From Pristiophorus japonicus (taxonomy: Eukaryota), in NCBI RefSeq assembly GCF_044704955.1, contig NC_091998.1:24242001-24306000 (forward strand): a DNA stretch of 64,000 nucleotides. The letters run 5' to 3'. Under the pieces are notes generated by a model. That model had not been told where the DNA came from and did no database searches. It saw only the letters and a list, made by a program, of their open reading frames with translations. Positions 10,533 through 21,693 of this stretch are shown here, piece after piece (positions within the stretch are counted from its first letter, which is position 1; each line of letters opens with the position of its first letter). The translations under genes and the position numbers were made by a program.

Positions 10533-11344
10533 CTTTAAAATGTTCAATTTTTTCTTCTTCTCACGTTTTGTGGATTTTGAGGGAAGGGTGGGTTGGTGCG
10601 GGGGTGGGGGTTGGAGGGAGGGTGTTGTTCACTAGTTCTTTGTTTGTTAATTAAAAAAAAATTCTACAACTTTTGTACCTTTTCTCTTATTTACATAAGT
10701 TTTACCACGTTACAGTTCTTCATGCAGATTTGTTTGTTTATTCTGTTTCCCCACGGAATATTATTAAGTAACTTCACTATGTAAAAGCTATTTAATACAT
10801 AATTCCAATATATGAGATCTATTTAGCATAAATAAGGTGATAATACCTATTTATATTCCCTATCCCAAATTTCTGAATTTGCATCAATTTTACCCTCTAA
10901 ATAACTCAGAACAATTCTCCACCCTTCCTCAGAGGCTAAAGATGGCGTCCGTAGTGCCCATTTCCCTCTCTAAGGCCCAGAAAAAGCAACTATTTTTGAG
11001 CACTCTTTTGGGCCTTGCATCGGCCCAGTGAAGTGCATGCTAAGTGCTGAAACTTGGGATGGGCCGTGTGTGTGGGCGATCATCTTAGCGATCAAAGTGG
11101 AAACTTGGGGGCCTATTTTTCCGGCGATATTTTGGGCCTAGTTTCCACTTTTTGCCATAGATGGGCAATAGAGGTCCATGTGAAGTGGAAAGTCTAGCCC
11201 ATTCTTAACTATGTATCTAACCATGCAGTGTCTCATGCAGATTCCTGCTGCATTAAGTGCCCAAGGATCAATCGACTCCTAACTGATAACATTGAACTCG
11301 TACGCCATTTCTTAATATCATCTTCACTGCAGACAAATAAGCAT

Positions 11345-11745
11345 TTTTTTTATTTATTGGATGTGGGTGTCGCTGGCAAGACCAGTATTTATTGGCCATC
11401 CCTAGTTGCCCTTGAGAAGGTGGTGGTGTACTCAGTGACTTGCTAGGCCATTTCATAAGGGCAGTTAAGAGCCAATCAGATTGCTGTGGGACTGGAGTCA
11501 CATATAGGCCAGACCCAGGTCAGGGCAGCATATTTCCTTCCCTAAAGGGCATTAGTGAACCAGATGGGTTTTTTATGACAATCCAGTAATCACAATTATT
11601 TATACTAGCTTTTTAAAATCCAGATTTATTTAATTAACTGAATTTAAATTTCCCAGCTGCCATGGTGGGATTTGAACTGAAGTCTCCAGATCATTAGACC
11701 AGGCCTCTGGATTACTAGCCCAGTAACATAACCACTATGCTACCT
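11345..11745 (-). mobile_element. tRNA-derived SINE sharing its 3' tail with the LINE at 13275, 14190 and 36125
   Basis: Minus-strand head GGTAGCATAGTGGTTATG...GTTCAAATCC; tail CACCACCACCTTCTCAAGGGCAA...CCCACATCC. Confidence 0.75.
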
Positions 11746-13062
11746 TTCCCATATTAATAGTCCTAACATATTAGAATGTCCTGTATGAATATAGAGATTC
11801 ACTGAACAGAACAAGAGTAGGCCCAGCAGAATTTAAGAATTAATGGAAGTACTGTATCCGGAAAATTCAAGTGTTGCGCATATCCAACCAGGAATTGCTA
11901 CACGATAAAGATTGACTAAGTTGAACTGAGCGTCGATAAATTGTTGCTAACCTGGACTCAAGACCTTTGCTTGTTTATAAACAAGTCTCGTGTCATGGCC
12001 CTTAGACACTTCTATTTTGATAGTGCAATATGAATATTATTATTCATTATTATCATTATAAATATACATTATTTCATATCCATAAACATTTTGCAGCATC
12101 TTCGCAGTATTGTTGTCTTGTACATTTAATATAAAGTACAAGAATAACACTTTGTTATAAAATGTGTATCTCACTGCGGAGGTTAGGCATGTCATATATC
12201 TGCAAAAAGTATGTTGGTGTGGTGAAATGTTCCCTCCTATTTTTTTTTGGCCCGCGTGGCCCTTTTAATGGGCTGCACAAGCCATTCAAATTTCTGCCTT
12301 TGGTGGTTTTACTATTTAAAGGCCGGCTCACCAGCTGCACAGGACGTGTCGAACGTCACTTGACCATGCAGCCGCACTGCTTACAGGGAACATCGGTGTG
12401 CTGTATATTGCCTGATACCTGGCCATGCTGATGAGATTCACATGGAGAGGTAATGCATCACCTGCAGGAAAAAAAACTGTACTTTCAAAACCAAGTATAA
12501 GAACTGAATGGTTTACCAAGTGAATGAGTGTACTGCACTGCTTCTATTGGCTGTAAATTTTAGGACATTTTACTGTAAATGTGTGGAAACTTTTCACTAA
12601 TTAATGTCCCTATAGGGATACTGGCTCACTTCCAATCTCAGCAAACTTTTCCCAAACTTGGCTGACTTCTTTTCCCAAGTTTTTCCCTCACTTTTTCCTA
12701 TTCCCATTGTCAGTCCGCGAGGGTGTGTCACTCATCCCTCAAGCTGAATTTTTACCACTTTTATTTAATTCATTATTTTACAATCTGCTAATCATTATTT
12801 TTACTAGGTTAGTTTGGTTTATTGTATCCCTTTAAAAAGGCAAATCTTATTAGGACAGTGCGACTGCCCTTTACCAAGTCAAAATACCTGTTCTTGGCTG
12901 ACTCCCTAAGAGAAACTATATCAAACAATCTGGTAACATGATACACCTCAGTACACTACTACTTTTATTCAGCTTCCAAACGTACCATTATGGAATGGTC
13001 TATTGCATCTAAAAATCTGATATAGGCGGAAATACAAGGCACAATTCAGGAGTGTGATGGTA

Positions 13063-13280
13063 CATAGGAACAGGAGGAGGCCATTCAGCCCCTCAAGCCT
13101 GTTCCCCCATTCAAATCAATCATGGCTGATCTGAATCTTAACTCCATCTAGCTGCCTTGGTTCCATATCCCTTAATTTCCTTGTCTAAAAACATATATCA
13201 ATTTGTTTTAAAATTTTCAATTGAGCTAGCCTTAACAGCTTTTTGGGGTGCGAGTTCCAGATTTCCACAATTGTTTGTGT
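13063..13280 (-). mobile_element. CR1 3' end
   Basis: Reverse complement of a CR1 3' UTR (GGAACAGGAGGAGGCCATTCAGCCC). Confidence 0.8.
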
Positions 13281-13765
13281 GATGGAATATTCTCCACTTG
13301 CCTGGATGGATGCAGTTGCAACAACACTCATGCACGACTCCATGCACGACAAAGCAACCCACTTGATTGGCAGCCCATCCTCATGCTTAAGCATCCATTC
13401 CCACCACCTAGTGTGGCTGCAGTGTGTACTTCCCACAGGACGCACTGCAGCAACTCGCCAAGTCTTCTTCGGCAGCACCTCACAAACCCAATTGGCAACT
13501 AGAAGGACAAGGGTAGCAGGCACATGGGAACACCACCACCTCCAAGTTTCTCTCCCAGTCACACGCCATCCTGACTTGGAAATATACCGGCCGTTCCTTC
13601 ATCATTGCTGGGTCAAAATCCTGGACCTCCTTCTCTAACAGCAGTGTGGGAGCGCCTTCACCACACGGACTGCAGCGGTTCAAGAACAAAGCTCACCCCC
13701 ACCTTCTCAAGGTGCATGAGGGATGGTCAATAAAATGCTGGCCTTGCATTTCCCAAAAATGAATT
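13275..13765 (+). mobile_element. Non-LTR retrotransposon 3' end (SINE partner family)
   Basis: MEYSPLAWM...DKATHLIG...HSHHLVW remnant; same 3' tail as 36125-36447. Confidence 0.75.
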
Positions 13766-14189
13766 CAACAACTGCAGCCAAACTGCATGGGTTGGGTGTA
13801 AGACCGCCTTCGACTGACATCTCTTGGCTGCAATATAAACGGCAATCGGTTCAATGCAAACCTTTTTTAAACTTTAAAATATACGGTTAGACATCCCTCG
13901 GGGTGCAACTGGACTCGCTGTTAGAATAGAGCAGTGACACAGTCGAAATGAGGGATTCATGATGTGGGGAAGTATAGGATCAGACCATGCCTACAATGCT
14001 ATGGTATAACATTGCTAACAATGGCACATACTGCCCAATTTATACCAACCCGGACGTGAAACTCAGGTTAAAATTAGATCAAAATTGGCTACTGCATGGG
14101 ATGCAAGAGGCAAGGTGGGTAGCAGCCCAGTGATAGATCTAACTCCACATTCAGGACTCTGAGGTGTCTGGTTAATGTGTTAAAAGCAT

Positions 14190-14550
14190 TTATTTTTAAT
14201 TCGTTCATGTGATGTGGGCATCGCTGGAAAGATCAGCATTTATTGCCCATCCCTAATCGCCCTTGAAAATGTGGTGGTGAGTCGCCTTCTTGAACTGCTG
14301 CAGTCCGTGTGGTGAAGGTGCTCCCACAGTACTGTTGGGGAGGGAGTTCCTGGATTTTGACGCAGTGACGATGAAGGAACGGCGATATACTTCCAAGTCA
14401 GACTGGTGTGTAACTTGGAGGGGAACGTGGAGGTGGTGGTGTTCCTAAGCGCCTGCTGCCCTTGTCCTTCTAGGTGGTAGAGGTTGCGGGTTTGTGAGGT
14501 GCTGCCGAAGAAGTCTTGTCAAGTTGCTGCAGTGCATCTTGGAGATGGTA
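14190..14550 (-). mobile_element. 3' end of the same LINE family
   Basis: Reverse complement of 13440-13760. Confidence 0.8.
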
Positions 14551-14711
14551 CATGAGTGTTGCAATCATTATGAGCCTGTGCAAGGAAGAACTCCTAATGA
14601 TTTTATTATTCCATGTGTTAGAAAATAAGACAGTCTCCCCTTTGGCAATCTTCTTAATTTATTTATTCAAAAGATATTATTTGAACCCATTTCCAGTGCA
14701 TATTGTTTGCG

Positions 14712-15168
14712 TCATCATCATCATAGGCAGTCCCTCAGAATCGAGGAAGACTTGCTTCCACTCCTGAACTGAGTTCTTTGGTGGCTGAACAGTCCAATAT
14801 GAGATCCACAGACTCTGTCACAGGTGGGGCAGATAGTCGTTGAGAGAAGGGGTGGGTGGGACTGGTTTTCTGCACGCTCCTTCCGCTGCCTGTGCTTGAC
14901 CTCTTCACGCTCTCGGCGTTGAAATTCGAAGAGCTCAACACCCTCCCGGATACACTTTCTCCACCTAGGGCGATCTTCAGCCAGGGGCTCCCAGGTGTCA
15001 GTGGGGATGTTGCACTTTATCAGGGAGGCTTTGAGGGTGTCCTTGTAACGTTTCCGCTGCCCACCTTTGGCTCGTTTGTCGTGAAGGAGCTCCGCATAGA
15101 GCATTTGCTTAGGGAGTCTCATGCCTGGCATGCGAACTATGTGGCCTGCCCAGCGAAGCTGATCGAGT
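14712..15168 (-). mobile_element. RTE-clade LINE 3' end
   Basis: RLPKQMLYAEL...GGQRKRYKDTLKASL...CPTCDRVCGSHIGLFSHQRT; (TGA)n tail. Confidence 0.9.
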
Positions 15169-15574
15169 ACAACGATACTGTATATTATGAAGGTGTATTC
15201 ATTTTACCTTTACAAATTAAGATAAATTGCAAAAACACTCGGAGGCCCTATGCTGCTGGGCGATGCATTTACTTTAAGACTTCGGTTCCGAGTTCAATTA
15301 TGTGCAAAGTTTGCAGGGAGGGCACTGGAGATGTCCCCTCGTGTGGGGCCTTGGAACATGGCGACAGAGGTTGTGACTTGCGCTCTGCAGCGAGCAGAAT
15401 ATTCATGTCACGTACACTGTGCTTAGAGCTCCCCCTAGCGGAAATTCCGCCGGGCTGGAGTGAGCAGGCAAGATTCGCCGTGCCCTTGCTGACAGTTCAG
15501 TAACTGCAAGAAATTTGCATTCCCCTGCCTGAGAACCTACAACATGTGCATAGAATGACATACTATTGACAGCA

Positions 15575-16250
15575 CAGACACATACAATTCGGCCCAACCG
15601 TTCCATGGTTATGTTTATGCTTCACACGAGTCTCTCACCTTATTTCATCTCCTCCTATCTGCATCTCCTTCTATTCATTATGACCAAGGGTCGCAGACCT
15701 GAAACATTAACTCTGTTTGCTCCACAGATGCTGCCTGACCTGCTGAGATTTCCATTTTTATTTCAGATACCAGCATCCGCAGTATTTTGCTTTTGCATTC
15801 ATTTCTCCCTCGTGTTCCGCCAGCTTCTGATTAAATGCATCTCTGCTAATCGCCTCAAGTACTCCATGTGGTAGCAAGTTCCACATTCTGACCACACTCT
15901 GGGCAAATACGTTTCCCCTAAATTCCCTGTTGGATTTATTAGTGAGTATCTTTTATCTGTGGCCCCCAGTGTTGGACTCCTCCCACAAGTGGAACCATCT
16001 CCTTTACTCAATAGAATCCGTTCATAATTCTATCAGGTCACCTCTCAACCTTCTGTTTGCGAGAGAAAAGAGTCCCTCGCTGCCTGTTGAGTATTTCCTC
16101 ATAGGTACAACCAACCCTTCAGTTCTAGTATCTTCCTTGTTAATCTTTTTTGCACCTTCTCCGGTGCCTCCATATCCTTTTTTTTGTGCCATGGAGACCA
16201 GGAGTGAGCACAGTGCTAAAAGCGTGGTCTGCCCAAGGTTAGCAACATGA
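15575..16250 (-). mobile_element. Old CR1 fragment, with a short unrelated repeat (possibly Penelope-derived) at about 15685-15795
   Basis: GLFSLANRRLRGDLIEL remnant; the internal fragment resembles 35750-35820 and 56010-56150. Confidence 0.65.
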
Positions 16251-17539
16251 CTTGCATATTGAGTGAGTGTAAAGAAATGCAATTAAATGACACTGAACAT
16301 GCCCTGTTAAGTTTGCACGAGTGTTTGCATTCATTTTGAAATCATGGAACTCGAGCCATCTATGACCGAAACAAACTTTGACTGTCGTCAGAACTGTTCA
16401 CTTCGAACGTGGCACTATGTAAATGACTATTTACGAAAACCCTGAAGGATGTTCTCGTTTTTATCAACCCCACCGCCACATAAAAGATATATGCTCACTA
16501 AAAACCGTTAGCATAAATATTATCAGTTATAAATCTAGCCTCTGACCAGTTTTAAAGACGAGTTAGCGGATTTTTAAAATCGCTTTGGTCCTGCAATTAC
16601 AAATGCTAAAATATAAAGTGCTCTCAGGTAATCTCTCCGCCAGAAATGCACACGGGCGATTTGTTGTCGTTCAGTTTCTGTCTGCACTGGTAAACGTCAA
16701 AGTGTGTTTTACTCAAACTTAGTGAGGCGGGGGTTGGGGCGGCCTGATGCGACTTGAATTACCGGCTAACTGTTTTCCCTAAGAGAGGTTGAGCAACGCC
16801 AACTGAAACAATCCCAGTTCCAGGTAAAATGAGTTCATTAAAACAGCAAAGAAGGGAAATATCAAGTGAAGTTATGTGGAAAATACGTGAAAATTATTGT
16901 AATTACACCTTCAAATATGTTTTCAGCAGCAAGTATGTAAAAGTGATATTTTTTATTATTTCATCTTGACATTTGTGAATTTAATATAAAATGGCTAAAT
17001 TCGAGGTGTGTCACATTGTCTGCACCTGTATATACAATCCTTGTAATATTTACATTATTCAATAGCGCTTGCAATTTTAGGATCATTTAACTTACTATAG
17101 TGCATTACACAATACAGTAAATGAAGAATATTTCCAAATAAAACTCTTTATTTCTGACGCTCTATAATGTGAATGGAGAAATGGGCCCAGCAAGACCAAA
17201 TTCGAAGAAGTTAAAGACAGCGGCGCCAGCGCCATCCTGTGGTGATCTGCGAGAGGTGCGAACGAGACAAGTGGAAATATTCCTCACTATAATCATATTT
17301 CAAATAAAACATATTTATATAGCAACAATCGATTGTTCTTGTGAACACGGTTAAAACCAGGATCGATGACGAACCGAAATAGACATCAAATTCAGTCGAA
17401 TTGGAAATCTGTGTTTAATTAAATATTTAAAAGTTGGGAAAGGAATGAATTGTGTTCGTGTAGGTTGCTTTTAAGAGATAATCGTAGTTCTTTCAAAATA
17501 ATACATTGCCAAGGTAATAAACAAATACATTGCACAGGG

Positions 17540-18965
17540 TTACATAGGATATACGGCCCAGAAACAGGCCATTCAGCCCAACCAGTCCATACTTCATTGA
17601 GCCTCCTCCCGTCTTTCCTCATCTAAATCTATCCGCATAACCCTCTATTCCCTTCTCCCTCATATGCTTGTCCAGCCCCGCCTTAAATACATCTATATTA
17701 TTCGCTTCCACCAATCCCTGTGGTAGTGAGTTCCACATTCTCACCACTCTTTGGGTAAAGAATTTTATTTCTGAATTCCCTATTGGATTTCATGCTGACT
17801 ACCTTATATTGATGACCTCTAGTTATGCTCTTCCCCACAAGTGGAAACATTCTCTCTGTATCCACCCTATCAAAACTTTTCATGATTTTAAAGACCTGTA
17901 TTAGGTCACCCTTCAGCCTTCTTTGTTCAAGAGAAAAGAGACACAGCCTGTTCATTTTTTTTTCAAAAATATACTTTATTCATACAAATTTTCACAACAC
18001 ATTGGAAAATAGTTCAGTACCTTGCGGTCAGCAATTCCATACAATTCGTTTAGATGCTGACAGCAGTTCCATACAATGCACTAGCGTGCATTTCATTTCA
18101 AGGTACAGTTTAGTACAATCTGTAAATCACGTTACATGTAGTAATGTGCAAAAACATGGGGCAGATAAGAACAGGTTTACATTACATTCCAGGATACATT
18201 TCAATACCGATCATGAATCACGTTAAGTGTAGCACTATGCAGATGAAAGCAGTACACGGAACAGTTGAGAATACATTTACATTTCTTTACAAGTTAATAA
18301 CAGTGCAGAGACTTTCATTATACATGGCACAACACAGATGTTTTTCAGTACATGGTGTTCTATGTATACAAGTTCATCCTTTCCTGATATGTATACCCTC
18401 GCATGTCTAGTATCATCCTTGTAAAATTTCTTTGCACTCTCTCCAGTGCCTCTATATTCTTGTTATAATATGGCGACTAGAACTGTACGCAATCCTCTAA
18501 ATGTGGTCTAGCCAAGGTTCAATACAGGTTTAGCATAACTTCCCTACTTTTCAATTCTATACCTCCAGAAATAAACCCTAGTGCTTGTTTTTTTTTATGG
18601 CCTTGCTAACCTGTGTTGTAACTTTTAGTGATTTGTGTATTTATACTATGAGATCCCTTTGTTCCTCTACCCCACCCAGATTCGCACCCTCCAAGTAATA
18701 AGTTACCTCCCTATTCTTCCTAACAAAATGAAATATCTCACATTTATCTGTGTTGAACTTCAATTTCCAATTATATGCCCATATTGCAAGTTTATTAAAG
18801 TCCTCCTATAATTTCTTGCATTCCCCCTCAGAATTGATTATCACTCCCAATTTGGTGTCATCCACAAATTTAGAAATTGTGCTTTTGATTCCACAGTCTA
18901 AATCATTCATATAAATTGTGAACAACAGTGGTCCTAGCACTGATCCTTGTAGAACATCACTACCC
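17540..18965 (-). mobile_element. CR1 LINE fragment
   Basis: [18 protein letters not shown]...KFVDDTK and FSLEQRRLKGDLIQVFKIMK. Confidence 0.9.
17956..18371 (-). mobile_element. Poly(A)-tailed retroelement 3' fragment nested in the CR1
   Basis: Minus-strand AATAAA followed by an A-tail; GTTCAT duplicated at 17950-17955 and 18372-18377. Confidence 0.65.
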
Positions 18966-19574
18966 ATCTTGATGTAGTTATTAATTACAAATGATGTGTT
19001 GTTTTTCAATAGACAGTAAATGGTCACGATAAGCAGTACATATAAGATATTGAAATGATATGTTTTCATTAAAAAGTATGAAATATATAATGTGTTAAAG
19101 AGATGGACACTAGTTTGAAAACTTCTCCAATGACATGTATTGCGCTTGCACTTGTATTGAAGGAGATTACCATGTTGCCTTACTGTAAAATTGAATATGC
19201 AAAGTGTCAGAGAGCCAAAACGTTTTAAGGGATCTTTTTTAAAATCAGGCTGTTCATATCTTAAGTGGAAAGGTATATAACCTGAAATTGGACTAAATGC
19301 CATTGGAGGTAATTAATTGCAAAATCCGTTACCCTTCAGCTATAACAACTTCCAAACTTTTCCAACAGTTCGAAGGATTAGAAGGTGATTTTCAGGTTAA
19401 ATCAATGGCGATTAATTAACGCCCTCCTTTAAAAAAAAAGTTAGAAACAATTCTATATCGTGAACCCACCTCAGACCAAACCCAGAGTGCATGACTGAAT
19501 TTTTGCTCTCGACTGAATTGGGATGTTTTCCCCCTCTGCACGAGGGTCTGTGTCTAGTAATATTGAGTAAGATT

Positions 19575-21142
19575 GAGTTCACAGAATATAATGACGCTCG
19601 TGACTTATTAAAAACGCGTTGGCAACCCTTCGTGACATAACATAGGCGAGCTTAGCATCTGCAACCATACTGCATGCATAGGAAGCGTCTGGCGATATAC
19701 CAGCCTCGGCTATTTGGGATAAGGCTGGCTCATTTTGGTTTAAAAATCTTGAGGAGTCTCATCTGGATAAAGGAAATGGACTGCATTCATTTTCATCTGA
19801 ATCTCACTCCCAATATTTATTTCAGCTCTATAGTGTGTGTTTGCAAGGCCCGTTTAACTGATAAACATTATTATAATCTTGATTTATGCCATATATATAT
19901 ATATATAAAGAAATATATATTTTTACGTGACGCAAAGGTTTTTAAAATTTGAATTACATTTTCAGCAACTTTTGTCTGACAGCCAGTGAGGGAGGGTGTA
20001 ACTCACGGAGCTCAGTAACTCTCTGGCCTGTTTCCCTCTAGAGATTGACTTGCATATCAAAATATTGGATAATACTTCTAAATCTTCATTGCATTTAAAT
20101 ATGGAAGTATAATTGGCTGTGTGGGTGCAGGCGACGCTAGGTATCGTATTGTCAAATTGCCCACCTCTCTCCTTGATCACACTGACCCGAGCTGATGGCT
20201 GCTAAAGCGATAAGCAGTCTCGCTGCCAGCGGCCCCAGAAAACAAGCGTCTCTCATTGGCTGGGCCGGGTGGTAAGACACCGCCATATGTTGCTCGGCGG
20301 TGTTAAAAAGTTAATCACATCTTGTGCGGGGATTACAGTCACAACAGATTTCACTTACCTCGTGCAGTGGGAAAAGTTGGGCAGTTTTATTCTGGACTTA
20401 TCAGAAGTACCACGGCCAGAAAAGCAATAAGGTTGCTGCTCGATAAACTTCACATTATACAATGTAATCCAGGGGAGAAATTCAATTATAATAAGCAACA
20501 ACAATCTGTATTTATATAGCGCCTTTAACGTAGTAAAACGTCACAGGAGTGTAAGACAAAAAAAATTGACTATGTGGCAAAGCAATACCTATCGTTGCCT
20601 GCACCCACACAGCCAATTATGCTTCTATATTTAAATGCAATAAAGATTTAGAGGCTTTATCCAATGTTTTGATATGCAAGTGAATCCTTACAGAGAAGCA
20701 GGTCCGAGAGTTTCTAAGCTCCGTGAGTGACACACTGGCTGTCAGAAAAAAACTTGTTGAAAATGTCTTTCAAATTTTAAAAACGTTAAAACGATTCCTT
20801 TCTTTATATTTATGACCCAAAAAGATTTAAAACAATATTTATCAGTTAAGCGGGCCTTGCAAACGCACACTGCAGAGCTGATAGAGGTCGTAGGAGTGAG
20901 ATTCAGATGGAAATGAACTTCCTTTGTCAAGATGTGACACATCAAGTCTTTTAAACCAAAATGAGCCAGCCTTATCCCAAAGAGGCGAGGCTGGTATATC
21001 GCCAGACGCGTTCTGTTGATGCATTATTAGTTCCGGGGATATATTTAAAAGGTTACATTTGCTCAGCTTGCCTATGTTATGTCACGATGGGTTTCCAACG
21101 CCTCTTTAATAAGTCACAAACATCATTACATTCTGTGAACTC
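19575..21142. repeat. Long diverged inverted repeat: arms about 19575-20155 and 20565-21142, spacer about 410 bp
   Basis: Collinear reverse-complement blocks, e.g. GAGTTCACAGAAT / ATTCTGTGAACTC, TTTGGGATAAGGCTGGCTCATTTTGGTTTAAAA / TTTTAAACCAAAATGAGCCAGCCTTATCCCAAA and ATAATTGGCTGTGTGGGTGCAGGC / GCCTGCACCCACACAGCCAATTAT. Confidence 0.92.
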
Positions 21143-21524
21143 GTTACATTTTAGGCAATTTTAGAGGGGCAAATGTAATCTCTTCAAAATAGCAGTTAGA
21201 ACCGAAAGAGAATTAATATCAGAATAGCAAATAAGCTATTTATTGCACCTTCATTTGCATACTGAGTCTGCACTGGTTTTCTTAAAGTTTGAAGAATCAA
21301 TAAAGTTTACTCTAAAGTCTTGAGTATACACCATTGACCAGGACACAGATTCTACTGGTTCAGATGCGATTCCTTTCTGGTCTTCTATTGACTTGACATT
21401 CATAGCTAGAGTTCCATATTACACGCTCAGAAATCGTATACCTGCGTCACTGTTTGCATCTGTTTTAACATCGCATTGTCTTTATAAGCAATGGTCTGCG
21501 GCGCTCCGCTGATGAACTCCATCC

Positions 21525-21596
21525 TAATGAGATTAAACGTTCAAGGAAACTGAATGGCTGTAATCTGGCTCATCCGGTGTCTCAGGATTTAAGGCT
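21525..21596 (+). promoter_or_regulatory. Putative RBP3 proximal promoter with CRX/OTX-type homeodomain sites
   Basis: TAATGAGATTA (P3 palindrome) at 21525, TAATCT at 21561 and CAGGATTTAAGGCT at 21583; 100-170 bp upstream of the ATG. Confidence 0.6.
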
Positions 21597-21693
21597 GGCT
21601 GACAGTCTGCCTTCATTTCAGCCTGCAAGGTGAGGAGAGTTACCTCGGAGTCCCTTATCGCCGATATACTGGGTTTTTTTTTGCTGGAGGAAG

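Larger units (their letters stand above)
5884..11200 (+). mobile_element. Non-autonomous PIF/Harbinger DNA transposon carrying only the Myb/SANT gene
   Basis: Perfect 18-bp TIRs GGGCTAGACTTTCCACTT (5884-5901) and AAGTGGAAAGTCTAGCCC (11183-11200); 3-bp TSD ATT on both sides; internal Myb-like gene; no transposase ORF. Confidence 0.9.

Noticed and set aside
11660-11745. tRNA gene-like A/B boxes (also about 30930, 31060, 40920 and 44220)
   Set aside because: They are SINE heads attached to SINE bodies; no full cloverleaf is evident.
16600-16830. GC boxes followed by CAG|GTAAAA, a possible orphan first exon
   Set aside because: No downstream exon or ORF identified; too weak.
17225-17245. CTCF-like site (reverse complement CCACAGGATGGCGCT); similar weak site at about 4354
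   Set aside because: Core mismatches; cannot be supported without data.
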